From assembly GCA_965223905.1 (NCBI GenBank), contig CBDCXV010000010.1, positions 288,001 through 352,000 on the forward strand: DNA of 64,000 bases, given 5' to 3'. The notes under the pieces were generated by a model that was given only the letters and a program-made list of their open reading frames with translations, did not search any database and was not told where the DNA came from. Made by a program: the position numbers and the translations under genes. Within the stretch, counting starts at the first letter, position 1. Each line of letters starts with the position of its first letter. This document shows, one piece after another, positions 20,301-31,809 of the stretch. Origin of the DNA: Candidatus Latescibacterota bacterium. GTDB taxonomy: Bacteria > Latescibacterota > UBA2968 > UBA8231.

Positions 20301-20833
20301 CATGGACAGGAATCGATGAAATCCAGGTACATGGCCAGAGCGATATCCGCTGGAGCTTCAAGTCCGGTGATCAGGGTTTCGACGTTGTCGCCATCCAGAC
20401 CCGCACGCTGAATGGTTCCCCCCTGCAAGTCTGTCCAGTACAGTTTGTGCTCAAAAAGGTCCAGGGCGAGGTCGAATGGATCCTGCAGTCCCGTGATCAG
20501 GGTTTCGACACCAGATCCATCCAGGTTCGCTCGCCGGATGGCCCCCCCTCCCCGACCGGCTTCGACGCCCACCTCCGTCCAGTAGATTTGGCCCAGGACC
20601 GGGTCCAATGCGATTCGATTCGGCTTCACCTCAAGTTCCGTCGTGAGAAGGCTTTCGATGTTCGAACCGCCAAGGTCGGACCGCTGTATCCACCCGAGAT
20701 CCCTCCCTTCCGTCCAGTATATCCAGCCCCCGTTGGCCTGCTGACCGTGACTGACTCCCGGACCGCTATGGACCAACAATACTGCTGCAAAAATTGCTAC
20801 TGCGATTTTTTGGTGTGCGATCCGGTCTTTCAT
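17318..20833 (-). CDS. Secreted multidomain protein: YWTD/LDL-receptor-like propellers, LRRs, EF-hand/dockerin-like pair, FlgD/CTD; one in-frame TGA at 19730-19732
   Basis: YWTD repeats; LTGPIPPELGNL repeats; DFDGDGAVGFGDF; both track ORFs are in the same frame (YWADK*TNTIRRSGLDG). Confidence 0.85.
17870..18490 (-). repeat. ~72-bp coding repeats (24-aa plant-type LRR, ~8 units)
   Basis: Recurrent L..N.LTGPIPPELGNL. Confidence 0.9.
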
Positions 20834-20994
20834 CAGGCTGCTTCCGTAGTTGGTAGATCCGATTCCGTGCCCGGTTCTCCAGAAAGAGCTACAGGTTAGC
20901 GTACCCGTTCAAGGTTGGAGGATCAATTGATTCAGCACCGGCGAGGTATTTGAGCAACACCAGCCGCTGAGTCCGCACCTGGGGATGCCCGCCG

Positions 20995-21429
20995 CTATTT
21001 TAAGTTCGATATCTGAAAGCGATGGCCTTCGGGGTCCCAACCATCGCACACCACCAGGTCGTCGAAGGTCTCGACCTCTTGCATCGGGGCCCCGCGGCGT
21101 ACGAGCTCTTCCCGCATCGCCGCTACGTCTTCGGCGTAGAACACGAGCTTGTGTGGATTCCCCGGACCACCGGTCGGGGTGTCGATCGGACCCTCGGGTC
21201 CGTACGCCTTGTGGAACCCCAGGCCGCAGCCGCCCGCGTCGAGCTCGAGCCATACGCCGGGGGAATACTCGCTCTGGATCGGCTCGAGATCGAAGAGGTC
21301 TCGAAAAAACCCGGCGCACTTCTCGACATCGCCGACGAAAATGATGACTCGCTTCATCGGGGCGAGCATGATCGATGTCTCCTCATCTGACAGGTGTTTG
21401 GTCAGAACGGCCGCAAATCCGATGTGCAT
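20995..21429 (-). CDS. VOC (glyoxalase/bleomycin resistance) family protein
   Basis: IFVGDVEKCAGFF and DPEGHRFQI motifs; real start may be a downstream Met. Confidence 0.85.
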   Translation of the reverse strand: MHIGFAAVLTKHLSDEETSIMLAPMKRVIIFVGDVEKCAGFFRDLFDLEPIQSEYSPGVWLELDAGGCGLGFHKAYGPEGPIDTPTGGPGNPHKLVFYAEDVAAMREELVRRGAPMQEVETFDDLVVCDGWDPEGHRFQISNLK

Positions 21430-21443
21430 CTCTCATGGGGAAG

Positions 21444-22241
21444 CTACGCCACCTGGAAGACGGCCTGGATTTCAGGGCGACCGTAGATCGCTCCGCCGGT
21501 ACGAACCGACAGGTTCGGCAGGACCCGGCAGGTTCCCGATCCATGAGTATGACCGCACAGAACCGTCAGCTTGCGGTTGGGGTTATCGCGCATCGAGGAC
21601 TTCAGCACCTCGCCAACCACACCACAGCAGAAGAAGGGCAGCCACTCCTCCCCGGAGAGCCTGCCTTCGTGCCATGTGGCCTCGCGGAAGGGGGGGACGT
21701 GGGTAAGCAGGATCACCTCCTCGTGCGCGCAAAGAGCTTCCGGCAGTGTTCGACGAAGATGCTCCGCTGCCTCATCTGCCAGGCCCTGAATCTTCTTTAG
21801 TCGGTCCGACTTTGTGCAGCCCGTAAGCTCTTCGATCAAGCGGAAGTCGTTGAGCTCGACGGAGCTCCCATAAAAGTCCCCGAGCCGTCCATCGGCCCAC
21901 GAATCGTGACCGATGAGGGCAGTTCGGGGAGTCAACGAAACAGGGTGCTCCCTGTTCAGCCAGAACAGGTACGGAGAATCACGGGTCAACGACTCGACCT
22001 CGCATCGGACGGAAGCGATCGAGCCGCCGTAGAAATCGTGATTGCCGAGCACGAAGTAAACGGGTCGCGCGAGCAGGCGCTCCATCTGTCTGAGGAAGGT
22101 GATCACCGAATCCGCCTCTCCGATATCCCCTCCGAGCAGGACGATGTCGGGGGAGGCATCGAGGACCCTGCTCAGGAACCGGGTGCTCAGGTGCCGGTCG
22201 AGGAAGTTGAGATGGATGTCAGTGAGCCAGGCTGCTCGCAT
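21444..22241 (-). CDS. Calcineurin-like metallophosphoesterase
   Basis: TDIH, GGDI, GNHD and GHTH motifs. Confidence 0.92.
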   Translation of the reverse strand: MRAAWLTDIHLNFLDRHLSTRFLSRVLDASPDIVLLGGDIGEADSVITFLRQMERLLARPVYFVLGNHDFYGGSIASVRCEVESLTRDSPYLFWLNREHPVSLTPRTALIGHDSWADGRLGDFYGSSVELNDFRLIEELTGCTKSDRLKKIQGLADEAAEHLRRTLPEALCAHEEVILLTHVPPFREATWHEGRLSGEEWLPFFCCGVVGEVLKSSMRDNPNRKLTVLCGHTHGSGTCRVLPNLSVRTGGAIYGRPEIQAVFQVA

Positions 22242-22569
22242 CTCGCTGCGCCAGTGCGGGGTCGCAATCGAACCAGCAGGTCTCCGCTATCGTACGGGAA
22301 TCGATCAGCAAAAGATTCCTTTCATGGGTGTATCCTCTGACCCTTTTGAGTTATTTGGAGGTATGGTCACTCCCGAGGTAACGCTCTCTTTATTCCTCTT
22401 GGCGGCCGTGACGACGCCGCGAACTTTTGCCTTAACTTACGGCTATCCGGCAATGGAAATGCGACAGGAGATTTTCCGATGAGACTGGCAGTGGCATTCT
22501 GGAACGGGATCGACCCGGCGCAAGTGGACCGCACTCTCGAGCGCCTTGAGGGGATCGGGGTCGGGGGGA

Positions 22570-22672
22570 TCGGCCATACGGGTCGACTGGGACGCCCGCG
22601 ATCAGCGCGGCGCGACCGTGGCCGCAGGGATATATCTGGCGCGCCTGCGCTATCCGGGGGGCGTGCAGACGC
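22570..22672 (+). pseudogene. Orphan remnant of the FlgD/CTD C-terminal module
   Basis: RVDWDARDQRGATVAAGIYLARLRYPGGVQT matches the tails of the 14863 and 17318 genes. Confidence 0.75.
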
Positions 22673-22794
22673 CGCCCGGGGACCGGCCTCCCGGTTTCGT
22701 TGACGGAAGCAGGGGTGGCTCCGAGATTCCAGAAGCACGCGACGAAGAAAAAAACCGGCTACCCGGAATAGGCCACAGCGGCCTGGAGACCGTG

Positions 22795-23520
22795 ATGACC
22801 GTCATCCATACAACCGATGACCTGATTCGCCTGCTGGAAGAAAACGACGAGTTCCGCCAGGCCGTCCGCCGCCATGTACTGTCGGACGAGCTGGTTCAGC
22901 TCCCCGAACGGCTTGCCAGGTTCGCCACGCGCATGGAGACCTTTGTCGACGAGCAGAAGCAGTTCAACAAGGAGCAGCGGCAGTTCAACAAGGAGATACG
23001 GGAGTTCAAAGAGGATCAGCTGCAGTTCAATCAGGAGCAGCGCCAGTTCAACGAGGAGCAGCGGCAGTCAAATCAGCGAATGGAGACCGCCATAGGCGAG
23101 CTTCGCGGCAACGTTGCCCGGCAGGTGGTCGGCGCGCATTCCAAGGAAATCGCCGAGGGTATGGGCTTTCAGGTGAAGCGGCTCCTGGCGAGACCGGATC
23201 TCTTCCGACTGCTCGTCCGGAACGATCCCGGCGACCTGACGCGCGGCGAACGGCAAAGCTTCTTTCGCGCGGACCTGGTCCTGGAAGTCACGGATCCTGA
23301 CGGGTCTCTTCATTACATCGCCATCGAGGCATCCTACACCGCGGACAAACGCGATACCGACCGCGCCCTGCGCAACGCCGAGCTGATGGAAACGTTCACC
23401 GGGCACCGGGCCCACGCCCTCATCGCCAGCGTGCGGAACGTCCGCGAAATTCAGGGACTGATCGACGCCGGCACGGTGTCCTGGTACGCCCTCGAGACCG
23501 ACGACTTCACGCCGGATTAG
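22795..23520 (+). CDS. Hypothetical protein: EQRQFN heptad coiled coil plus PD-(D/E)XK-like C-terminal domain
   Basis: GGAG RBS; imperfect 21-bp repeats ~22950-23072; ADLVL...IAIEAS motif. Confidence 0.7.
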   Translation: MTVIHTTDDLIRLLEENDEFRQAVRRHVLSDELVQLPERLARFATRMETFVDEQKQFNKEQRQFNKEIREFKEDQLQFNQEQRQFNEEQRQSNQRMETAIGELRGNVARQVVGAHSKEIAEGMGFQVKRLLARPDLFRLLVRNDPGDLTRGERQSFFRADLVLEVTDPDGSLHYIAIEASYTADKRDTDRALRNAELMETFTGHRAHALIASVRNVREIQGLIDAGTVSWYALETDDFTPD

Positions 23521-23786
23521 CGCCGTTACCGAAGCTCGGGCATGGCGGGGTAGAACCGATCCGATCTTCCGGGTCCATCGAGGCGCGGCGGCTCCTGCCC
23601 TGACGGACAGGCCGCCCACGCATTGCAGCTACCCCACTACCCGGTCCGCGTGATCGCCCGCCGGTCTTGAGGCCGCGCGATTGCGCGGGCAGTTCCCCGG
23701 CGCGGACCCGGTGTCCCTGCCGGCTCTTCAGCGACCGACCAGGGCACGCGCCTGGCGTCGGGAACCCCTCCTGCCACGGGCCGCTC

Positions 23787-24921
23787 TCACTGCCAGAGCG
23801 GCTCGCCGTCGTCGAACTGGCTCTGCAGGAAGTCCTCGTTGAGCTCCACCCCGAGCCCCGGCTTCTCCGACAGCACCACGTGCCCCTGCTGTATCGCCGG
23901 CTCGTCCGAGAGGATGACGTCGTTCCAGGTCGGGTCGTCGTAGCGGTGGAACTCCAGCGCCAGGAAGTTCGGCACGCTGGCGCAGACGTGGGCGTCGGCG
24001 ACGGTGCTCAGGGCGCTCGAGTTGTTGTGCGGCGCGAAGGGGATGTAGTAGATCTCCGCCATGTTGGCGATCTTGCGGCACTCGGACAAGCCCCCGCACT
24101 TGGAGATGTCCGGCATGATGACGTCGACCGCCTGGCGCTCGAGCATCTCGCGGAAGCCGTAGCGCAGGTAGGCGTTCTCGCCGGCGCAGATCGGCGTGCT
24201 CGTCGACTCGGTGACGCGCTTGAGGGCGTCGATATTCTCCGGCGGCACCGGCTCCTCCAGCCACATCAGGTTCAGGTCTTCCATCTCCTGCGCCACCTTC
24301 GTGCCCGCGGTGGCGTCGTAGCGGCCGTGCAGGTCGATGGCGAGATCGATCTCCGGGCCGACGGCCTCGCGGATCTCGTGGGCCTGGTCGACCATGATGC
24401 CGAGCTCTCCCGGGGTCACCGACCAGTTCCAGGGGTCGAGCTTGTGGGGGTTGGCGGCGTCGTCGAGGTCGAACTTGATCGCCGTGAAGCCGTCGCCGCG
24501 CACCGCCGCCGCCCGCTCCTCGTAGTCGAAGTGGGCGCTGTCGACGTAGAGCCGCACCCGGTCTCGGAACCTGCCGCCGAGCAGGCGGTAGACCGGCACT
24601 TCCTTGGGCCTTGCCGGCCAGGTCCCACAGCGCGATCTCCAGCCCGGTCAGGGCGGAGATCCCCAGGCCGGAGAATCCCCCCCGGAAGATGTAGCTGCGC
24701 CGTATCCCCTCGAAGCAGGCGTCGACGTCGCGCGGGTCCTGGCCCATCAGCTGCTGCGCCATGGTCCGGGTCGAGCCGCGCCAGCCGCCGTCGACGTGGC
24801 TGGCCTCCCCGGTGCCGTAGATCCCGGCGTCGGAGTGAACGCGCACGTAGTGGTAGGTGTAGCGCGGGGCGCCGCCGACCTTGACGGTCACCTCCGCAGT
24901 CCTGATCTCGGTGATTTTCAT
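23787..24921 (-). CDS. Mandelate racemase/muconate lactonizing enzyme family; +1 frameshift at ~24600
   Basis: EIALWDLAGK, KFD, DLHG, WLEEP, GEN and APHN motifs; extra A in GGA-A-GTG. Confidence 0.88.
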
Positions 24922-24967
24922 CTTGACCCTCTCCTTTCGAGCATGGGAATCCCATATAATGACGCCC

Positions 24968-26423
24968 ATGGTAACGACTGCATTCAACCGCTCCCGGCCT
25001 GACTGCATCGACATCGGCACCCAAAAGCAGCTCTTCTGCGACGAGCTGATCATCGAGGAGATGCGCGGCCTCGAGCGCACCCTGAACCAGCCGGTCCGCT
25101 ACGCCGGCAACCCGCTGATGTTCCCCATCCATCCCTGGGAGGGCCGCCTCGAGCTCTACGGCACGGTGCTGCGCGACGCGGACGGCTCCTTCCGCATGTG
25201 GTACACCGGGCTCGGCGGCATGGGGGTCGCCGGCATGGGAGCGACCCCGGGCAAGTGGGCGCATCTCGGTTTCGACCCGGCGAACCTCCTCTACAGCTAC
25301 TGCTACGCCGTCTCGAAGGACGGCATCTTCTGGGAGCGCCCCAACCTCGGACTGGTGGAGTACGGCGGCTCGAAGGAGAACAACCTCCTCATGCTCGACG
25401 CGGCCGGGGGCAACGTCTGCCGCGACGACCGCCTTCCCCGACCCGGAGCGCCGCTACAAGGCCCTCTTCTACGAGGCGCGCGATCCGGGCGGCACGCCGA
25501 ACGAAGGGGACGGGGTCTCCGTCGCCTTCTCCCCCGACGGCCTGAGCTGGACGAAATACCAGGGCAACCCGGTGATCCGCAGGGCGAGCGACTCCCACAG
25601 GCTGCTGGGGTGGGACGACCGCCACCGGGCCTGGGTCGCCTACTGCCGCCCCACGGTGCACGAGGGCAACCCGGTGCGCCGCATCGGACGCTGCACCAGC
25701 GACGACTTCATCCACTGGAACGACCCCGAGGAGGTGCTGGTCCCCGACGAACGGGACCCCCCCGGGACGCAGTTCTACTGCATGGCGGTGTTCCGCTGCG
25801 CCGGTCTCTACATCGGCCAGCTGCACGTCTACCACACCAACCCGGAGGAGCCCCACATCCGCTTCTACGGGACCATCGACATCCAGCTCGCGGTCAGCCG
25901 CGACGGCATCCGCTGGGAGCGGGTGTGCGATCGGGCCGGGTTCATGGAGAACGGGCCTGCCGGCAGCGACGACGCCGGTGAAATCTACATGGCGAACGCC
26001 CCTGTCGAGGTGGGGGACGAGCTCTGGTTCTACTACTCCCCCTGCGGCGTCGAGCACGGGCCAACCGGCCGCAGCGGGCCGATCAACCTCGCCAAGCTGC
26101 GGCTCGACGGCTTCGTATCGGTCGACGCCGGAGCGGAAACGGGCACCCTGGTCACCAGGCCGTTCCGCTGCGAAGGGGGCTCCCTGAGGATCAACGCCGC
26201 GGCGCGAGGGGGCGAGGTGTCGGTCGCGGTCCTAGACGGGGACGGGGTGCAGCAGGACCGGTTCGGCAAGTCGGACAGCGCCCTGTTCGACGGCGACTCG
26301 GTGGGCCACGAGACGACCTGGAGGCGCGCCTGCTTCGACGACCTCAGGGGCCGGGTGATCCGCCTCAAGTTCTACCTGCGCAACGCCCGCCTCTACTCCT
26401 TCCAACAGGGACCCGGCCAATGA
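24968..26423 (+). CDS. Beta-propeller glycoside hydrolase-like protein; frameshift at ~25435
   Basis: Asp-box-like SKDGIFW, SPDGLSW, SDDFIHW and SRDGIRW; LRLDGFVS. Confidence 0.8.
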
Positions 26424-27226
26424 ACGCGACCGAGTTTCAGGTGCAGTCCGGCGGCACCGAGCTGAAATGCACTCTCGCCGTTCCCGAGGACGGGCTCGCC
26501 GGGGAGCACTCGGCGCTGCTGCTCAACATCAGCGCCACCGCCGACCTCGCCCTCCGCGACGAAACCCAGAACCACCCGGTGCAGCCGTTTCTCGACGCCG
26601 GGCACTTCGTCGCCAGCTTCGACCTGCCCTGCCACGGAGAGCGCGTCAGCGCCGAGCACGGCGAGAACCTCCACGGCATGGGCCGGGCCTTCGTGGCCGG
26701 TGAGGATCCGTTCGCGCAGTTCGTCCGCGACGGCCAGGCGGTGGTGGACGCCTGCCTCGAGCGGGGCGCCGGCAACGCCAGGGTCGTCGGCTACGGGGTC
26801 TCGCGCGCCGGGTACTGCCTGCTGCGTCTGGCCGCGGCCGATCCCCGCCTGCGGGCGGTTGCCGCCCTCTCCCCGGTGACCGACTGGGGCATCCCCGAGG
26901 AGTTCACCGAAACCTGCCCCCGCACCCGCACCTGGCCGCTGCGCATCCACCACTGGGCGGGCGACCTCGCCACAACCGCCGTCTACCTCAGCGTCGGCAG
27001 TCAGGACGACGTCGTCGGCGCCCGGGCCTGCGTCGACTTCGCCATGGAGCTGTTCGAGATCCAGCGCCGCGAGCTGCCGCAGGACACCCTCCTCGGCCAG
27101 CTCCACGTCGTCGACTCCCCGGACCACTCGCCGTCGCGGGAGTCGCGGCTCGACGCCACCCGCTTTCTGCTGGAGTTCTGCGAGAAGGGGCATCCGGCGC
27201 CCCCGAGGCGGGAGACCTCGCCGTGA
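26420..27226 (+). CDS. Alpha/beta hydrolase
   Basis: DLPCHGER; GVSRAG nucleophile elbow. Confidence 0.8.
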   Translation: MNATEFQVQSGGTELKCTLAVPEDGLAGEHSALLLNISATADLALRDETQNHPVQPFLDAGHFVASFDLPCHGERVSAEHGENLHGMGRAFVAGEDPFAQFVRDGQAVVDACLERGAGNARVVGYGVSRAGYCLLRLAAADPRLRAVAALSPVTDWGIPEEFTETCPRTRTWPLRIHHWAGDLATTAVYLSVGSQDDVVGARACVDFAMELFEIQRRELPQDTLLGQLHVVDSPDHSPSRESRLDATRFLLEFCEKGHPAPPRRETSP

Positions 27227-28227
27227 TCCCGCTGTCGATCCTCGACCTCGCCCCGATCCGCCTGGGGAGCGACGCCGCCGCGGCCTTCCGCACCATGCGC
27301 GCCCAGGCGCGGCACGCCGAGAAGCTCGGGTTCCACCGCTACTGGATCGCCGAGCACCACAACATGGCTGGCATCGGCAGCGCCGCCACCTCGGTCCTGA
27401 TCGCCCACGTCGCCGAGGCGACCGAGCGGATGCGGGTCGGCTCCGGCGGCATCATGCTGCCCAACCACGCCCCCCTGGTGATCGCCGAGCAGTTCGGCAC
27501 CCTCGAGTCCCTCTACCCCGGGCGCATCGACCTCGGCCTCGGCAGGGCCCCGGGCACCGACCTGCTGACCGTGCGCGCCCTGCGGCGGGAACGGATCGGC
27601 AGCGACCAGCAGTTCCCGCGCGACGTCCTCGAGCTGCAGGCCTACTTCCGCGACCCGGAGCCGGACCAGGCGGTGCGCGCGGTGCCGGGCGCCGGGCTGC
27701 GGGTGCCGATCTGGCTGCTCGGGTCGAGCCTGTTCAGCGCCCAGCTCGCCGCCCACCTCGGGCTGCCCTACGCCTTCGCCTCCCACTTCGCCCCCGCCCT
27801 GCTGGCCGACGCCCTGCACGTGTACCGGACTACCTTCCGGCCCTCCGGGCAGTTGGCGCAGCCGTACGCGATGGTCGGAGTCAACGTCGCCGCCGCCGAC
27901 AGCGACGAGGAGGCGCGGCGGCTGTTCACCTCGCAGCAGGTGCAGTCGATCGGCATGATGCGTGGCCGGCGCGACCAGCTCGGCCCTCCGGTCGACGACA
28001 TCGAGACCTGCTGGACCGGCCTGGAGAAGCCCGCGGTCGAGGAGAAGCTGAGCTGCTCCGCCGTCGGTTCTCCGGATGCGGTGGAGGCAGGGATCAACGA
28101 ACTTGTCCAACGGACGGGCGCCGACGAGCTGATCACCACCTGCCGCATCTTCGATCCGGCGGCCTGCCACCGCTCGCTCGAGATCCTGGCCGCGGTGCGA
28201 CCGCGGTCCCTTCCATCAGATGATTGA
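27223..28227 (+). CDS. LLM-class flavin-dependent oxidoreductase (YhbW-like)
   Basis: [16 protein letters not shown] and [11 protein letters not shown] motifs. Confidence 0.93.
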   Translation: MIPLSILDLAPIRLGSDAAAAFRTMRAQARHAEKLGFHRYWIAEHHNMAGIGSAATSVLIAHVAEATERMRVGSGGIMLPNHAPLVIAEQFGTLESLYPGRIDLGLGRAPGTDLLTVRALRRERIGSDQQFPRDVLELQAYFRDPEPDQAVRAVPGAGLRVPIWLLGSSLFSAQLAAHLGLPYAFASHFAPALLADALHVYRTTFRPSGQLAQPYAMVGVNVAAADSDEEARRLFTSQQVQSIGMMRGRRDQLGPPVDDIETCWTGLEKPAVEEKLSCSAVGSPDAVEAGINELVQRTGADELITTCRIFDPAACHRSLEILAAVRPRSLPSDD

Positions 28228-28237
28228 GGAGAAAGTC

Positions 28238-29187
28238 ATGGACGCTTTGAGAATCAGGGAAATGCTGCACGCCGCTCTTTGCCTCCTCCTGCTGGCAGTG
28301 TCGGCCGGCGCCCACGCCGGCGGCCGGGTGTATCCGATCGCCTATCTCACCGACGGGATGCTGGCCGAAATCCAGCTTGACGACGGATCGGTGGACGAGT
28401 GGTACGCGTTGCTGGGGGAGCCGACGATGACGCTGCTCGACTTCGAGGATGAGAGGGGGTCGGAACCTGATCCGTCCGACCTCGACTTCGGCATCTGGCT
28501 GGCCTGGCACGACCAGCCTGCCCGCCTGTACGTGGCCTTTGCGGCCACCGATGATCTGTACAAGAACACCTATGACCCCGGTTCCGGAGAACTTGAAGGT
28601 TCCATGCTTTTCCAGGACAACATCTTCCTGGGAATCGACGCAGACCACAGCGGGGGGGAGGGAGTAGACCACAGCGCGGAAACTTCGGAGTGGCTGGAAG
28701 TTTATGGGCAGACCCAGGCTTATTTCGCCATTGCCTACGCAAGCAGCGGACCGACCCTGGAACACAACGGACTCACAACCCAGACGGGGACCTTCGCCTG
28801 GACGGTTTTCCCCCCTTACGCGGAGGCAGGCGGCGCGGTAGGCGGAGAAAACCCGATCATCAGCGTGATCGAGTTTTACGTCACCCCGTTCGACCGTTTG
28901 GGGGCCTGGGACAACCCCGAGGGAAGCCTGGCCAGCGACCTGGAGGCGGGAAAGTCATCGGCTTTGCCATTGTCGTGAATGACTTGGATTCTCCGGATCG
29001 CGGGGAGAACTGGGCACCCGAAGCCATGTCCGGGGATTTTCCTCCGCTCTTCCAAGTGTTGAACCACCGGGCGGACGGATTCCTCGACGGCATCCTCCTG
29101 TCTTCCGACCCGGCCGGGCTGGAAAACGGCTCTGCCGTGGAATCGGTTTCCTGGGGCCGGATCAAGGCTTCCCTGGAGATGGAGTAG
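28238..29187 (+). CDS. Secreted CBM9/DOMON-like hypothetical protein with SWGRIK C-terminal motif; frameshift at ~28950
   Basis: Signal peptide; DDGSVDEW, RLYVAF...DD; C-terminal AVESVSWGRIKAS in a shifted frame. Confidence 0.65.
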
Positions 29188-29350
29188 CCGACTATCCTGC
29201 CATCCTTGTAGCCTGCTTTTCCGGGCGCCACCGACTGCGATTCGCGGATCCCGGAGGCGGCCGTTCGGAGGACCCCATTGCCTGCGGCTGCCATCCTTCC
29301 TATTCTTGCACAATTGAGTTTGCAAGAATTTCAAGCATCCGGAGATTCGA

Positions 29351-30455
29351 ATGGCGGAACAGCTCATAGGCGCGCGGATCAAGGCGCTGCGGGAAAAGCG
29401 CGGGCTTTCCCAGGACAGCCTGGCGCAACTTTTCGGCTTCAAGGATCGCCAGACCGTTTCGGCCATCGAGACCGGCCTCCGGCGCGTTACCGCGGAGGAA
29501 CTGGTGCTTGCGGTCGAGAAGCTCGGCGCTCCCCTTGAATACTTCACCGATCCGTTTCTTCTGGTCGGCGAAGGCCGCTTTTCCTGGCGCCAGACCGGCG
29601 TCGATGCAGGGAGGCTCGGAGTACGAACGCCACGCCGGACGCTGGATCGCCTCGTTCCGGTTCCTGGCGCCTCGGGTCGGGCGCCGGACCCCGCTCATGC
29701 GCCGGGCCCTCGCTCTCACCCGTCATTCCCGTTTCGAGGATGCCATGCAGGCAGGAGATCGGTTCGCCGCCGAGTTCGGTCTCGGGGACGAGCCGGCGAC
29801 GCGCCTCGTCGAGGTAATGGAGCAGGATCTCGGCATCATGGTGCTCATGGTCGACGCATGCGACGGCATCTCGGGAGCGGCCTGCCGCCTGCCCGAGCTG
29901 GACGCGGTGCTGATCGCGCGCCGCGAAGTTCCCGGCCGCAGGCATTTCGATCTCGCCCACGAGCTGTTCCACATCCTCACCTGGGATGCGATGCCGCCCG
30001 AGCATTGCGAAGAAGCCCGAGAGACCGGCGGCAATCGGGTCGAGCAGCTGGCCAACAACTTCGCCGGGGCAGTTCTGATGCCGCGCGGCGTCCTGGAGCG
30101 GTTCGCGGATTGGCCGGGGCTGTCCGAAGCGGAACTGATCGCCCGGTTGAACGCGGCTGGCGAACGCGTTGGGCGTGACCGCCACAGCCCTGAAGTGGCG
30201 TTTGGTCGCCCTTGGGGAGCTCAAGCCGGCGACCGCGCGTTCCTTGCCCGAGGAGGCGCTGCGCAACAACGAAAAGAATATCGTCGCCACTGTTCCGCCT
30301 CCCCTTTTCTCGAAGCCCTTCGCCGAGGTGATTGGCCTCGCCATCGACGCGGGTCATGTCTCGGTTCGGCGCATGGCCGACTTGTTGCAACTGGCGGTCG
30401 AAGACCTTGCCGAGCTGTTCATGGCCACGGCGTCGATTGTCCGGTAGACCTGTGA
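29351..30455 (+). pseudogene. XRE HTH plus ImmA/IrrE (M78) metallopeptidase; about three frameshifts
   Basis: GARIKALRE..GLSQ..LA HTH; FDLAHELFH; EQLANNFAGAVLMP. Confidence 0.85.
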
Positions 30456-30459
30456 GGGG

Positions 30460-30865
30460 CACCGCGCCACCGCGGCCCTGTACTGGTCGATACGAACGTC
30501 ATTCTCGAGTCGCACCGGGATGGGGGCTTGGCGGGCGCTCGCCGGAGGCCTCCTGAGACCTCCGAGGATTGCTTGACGGAAACACAGACGGGATTTCAGA
30601 CGGCGTCGCCCGGAGCAGCGGATCGATTCCGAGGAGCGCGCGAATCGCTTGCCGCGGTCCACTCCGTTGCAGCCCGGGACCGCGCCGAGTTGGCGATTCG
30701 CGTGCCCGATATCGCGCTGGAATCGGGGAGGCGTCCCTCTGGGCACACGCCCTGAGCCGCAAAGACGCCTCGGTGCTGTGCGGCCCTGACAAGGCCAGTC
30801 TTCGGGGATGGCACAGGAAAACGCTCGGAGAGATCGTTCTCGCAGAAAAAGGCACGAGTTGGTAG
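30460..30865 (+). pseudogene. Degraded PIN-domain gene partnered with the upstream XRE-ImmA gene
   Basis: GPVLVDTNVILE, ALESGE.SLWAHAL and LCGPDKASLR spread over several frames. Confidence 0.65.
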
Positions 30866-31059
30866 AGGGTTGCCGTATGCCTTCATTTCTCATCTCCAAC
30901 TCCCCCAGCACCCCCAGCAAGGAAACCTGGAAATTGAAGAGCATAACGAGAGCATGCGTTTGACAGCCCTGATTTCACCACGGGAAGCTATTGCTCGCGG
31001 CAATCTTCCGGCCGCTTCGCGCCGTGTGCTGCAACGGATACGAGTGCGGTAGAAGCCCG

Positions 31060-31809
31060 ATGAGCACCCTCGACTTCCGCCCCCGGGTTCCCGTGTTCGA
31101 CGCCAACATCGGCGTCGGCCACCGGCACGACCGGCCCTCCCCCTGCCCGGACGCCGACAGCCTGCTGGAGGAAATGGACCGCCACGGCGTCGGCCGCGGC
31201 CTCGTCTACCACCTGCAGGGGGAGCGGATCAGCGCGATCGCGGGGAACGAGGCCCTGGCGGAATGGGAGCACGAGGCGCTTTTCCCCCAGTGGATGGCCG
31301 GCCCGAGCGGCGATTCCCTGCGCCAGCTGCAGTCGCTGCACGGCGACGGCAGGCTGCGCAGCGTCCGCCTGCACAACACGGAGGAGTGCCGCATCCCGTT
31401 CGCCGACTGGGTCTACGGCGAGCTGCTGGCCTGGCTCGACGCCGAGCGCATCCCGCTCTGGGTGTCGCTGGCCGACACCCCGCCGGTCGAGATCATGGAG
31501 ACCCTGCGCCGCTACCCCGGCCTGCGCGCGGTGCTTCTTGGCGCCCACTACACCCACAGCGCGGTGCTGGTCCCGATGCTGAAACGGTTGCCGAACGCCT
31601 CCCTGGAGCTGAGCCGCTTCGAGAATCTCGGCGGCATCGAGGCGCTGGTGGCCGGGTTCGGGGCCGGGCGCTTCCTCTACGGATCCTTCTTTCCCCGCTA
31701 CGCCATGGGCCCGATGCTCTTCTACCTGCACCACACCGCCCTCGACGACGCCGCCCTGGCGGCGATCTGCTCTGGAAACCTCGAGCGCCTTCTGGGGGAA
31801 ACCCCGTGA
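31060..31809 (+). CDS. Amidohydrolase_2-like protein (degenerate metal motif)
   Basis: VFDANIG, RFLYGS.FP and GNLERLL. Confidence 0.75.
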   Translation: MSTLDFRPRVPVFDANIGVGHRHDRPSPCPDADSLLEEMDRHGVGRGLVYHLQGERISAIAGNEALAEWEHEALFPQWMAGPSGDSLRQLQSLHGDGRLRSVRLHNTEECRIPFADWVYGELLAWLDAERIPLWVSLADTPPVEIMETLRRYPGLRAVLLGAHYTHSAVLVPMLKRLPNASLELSRFENLGGIEALVAGFGAGRFLYGSFFPRYAMGPMLFYLHHTALDDAALAAICSGNLERLLGETP

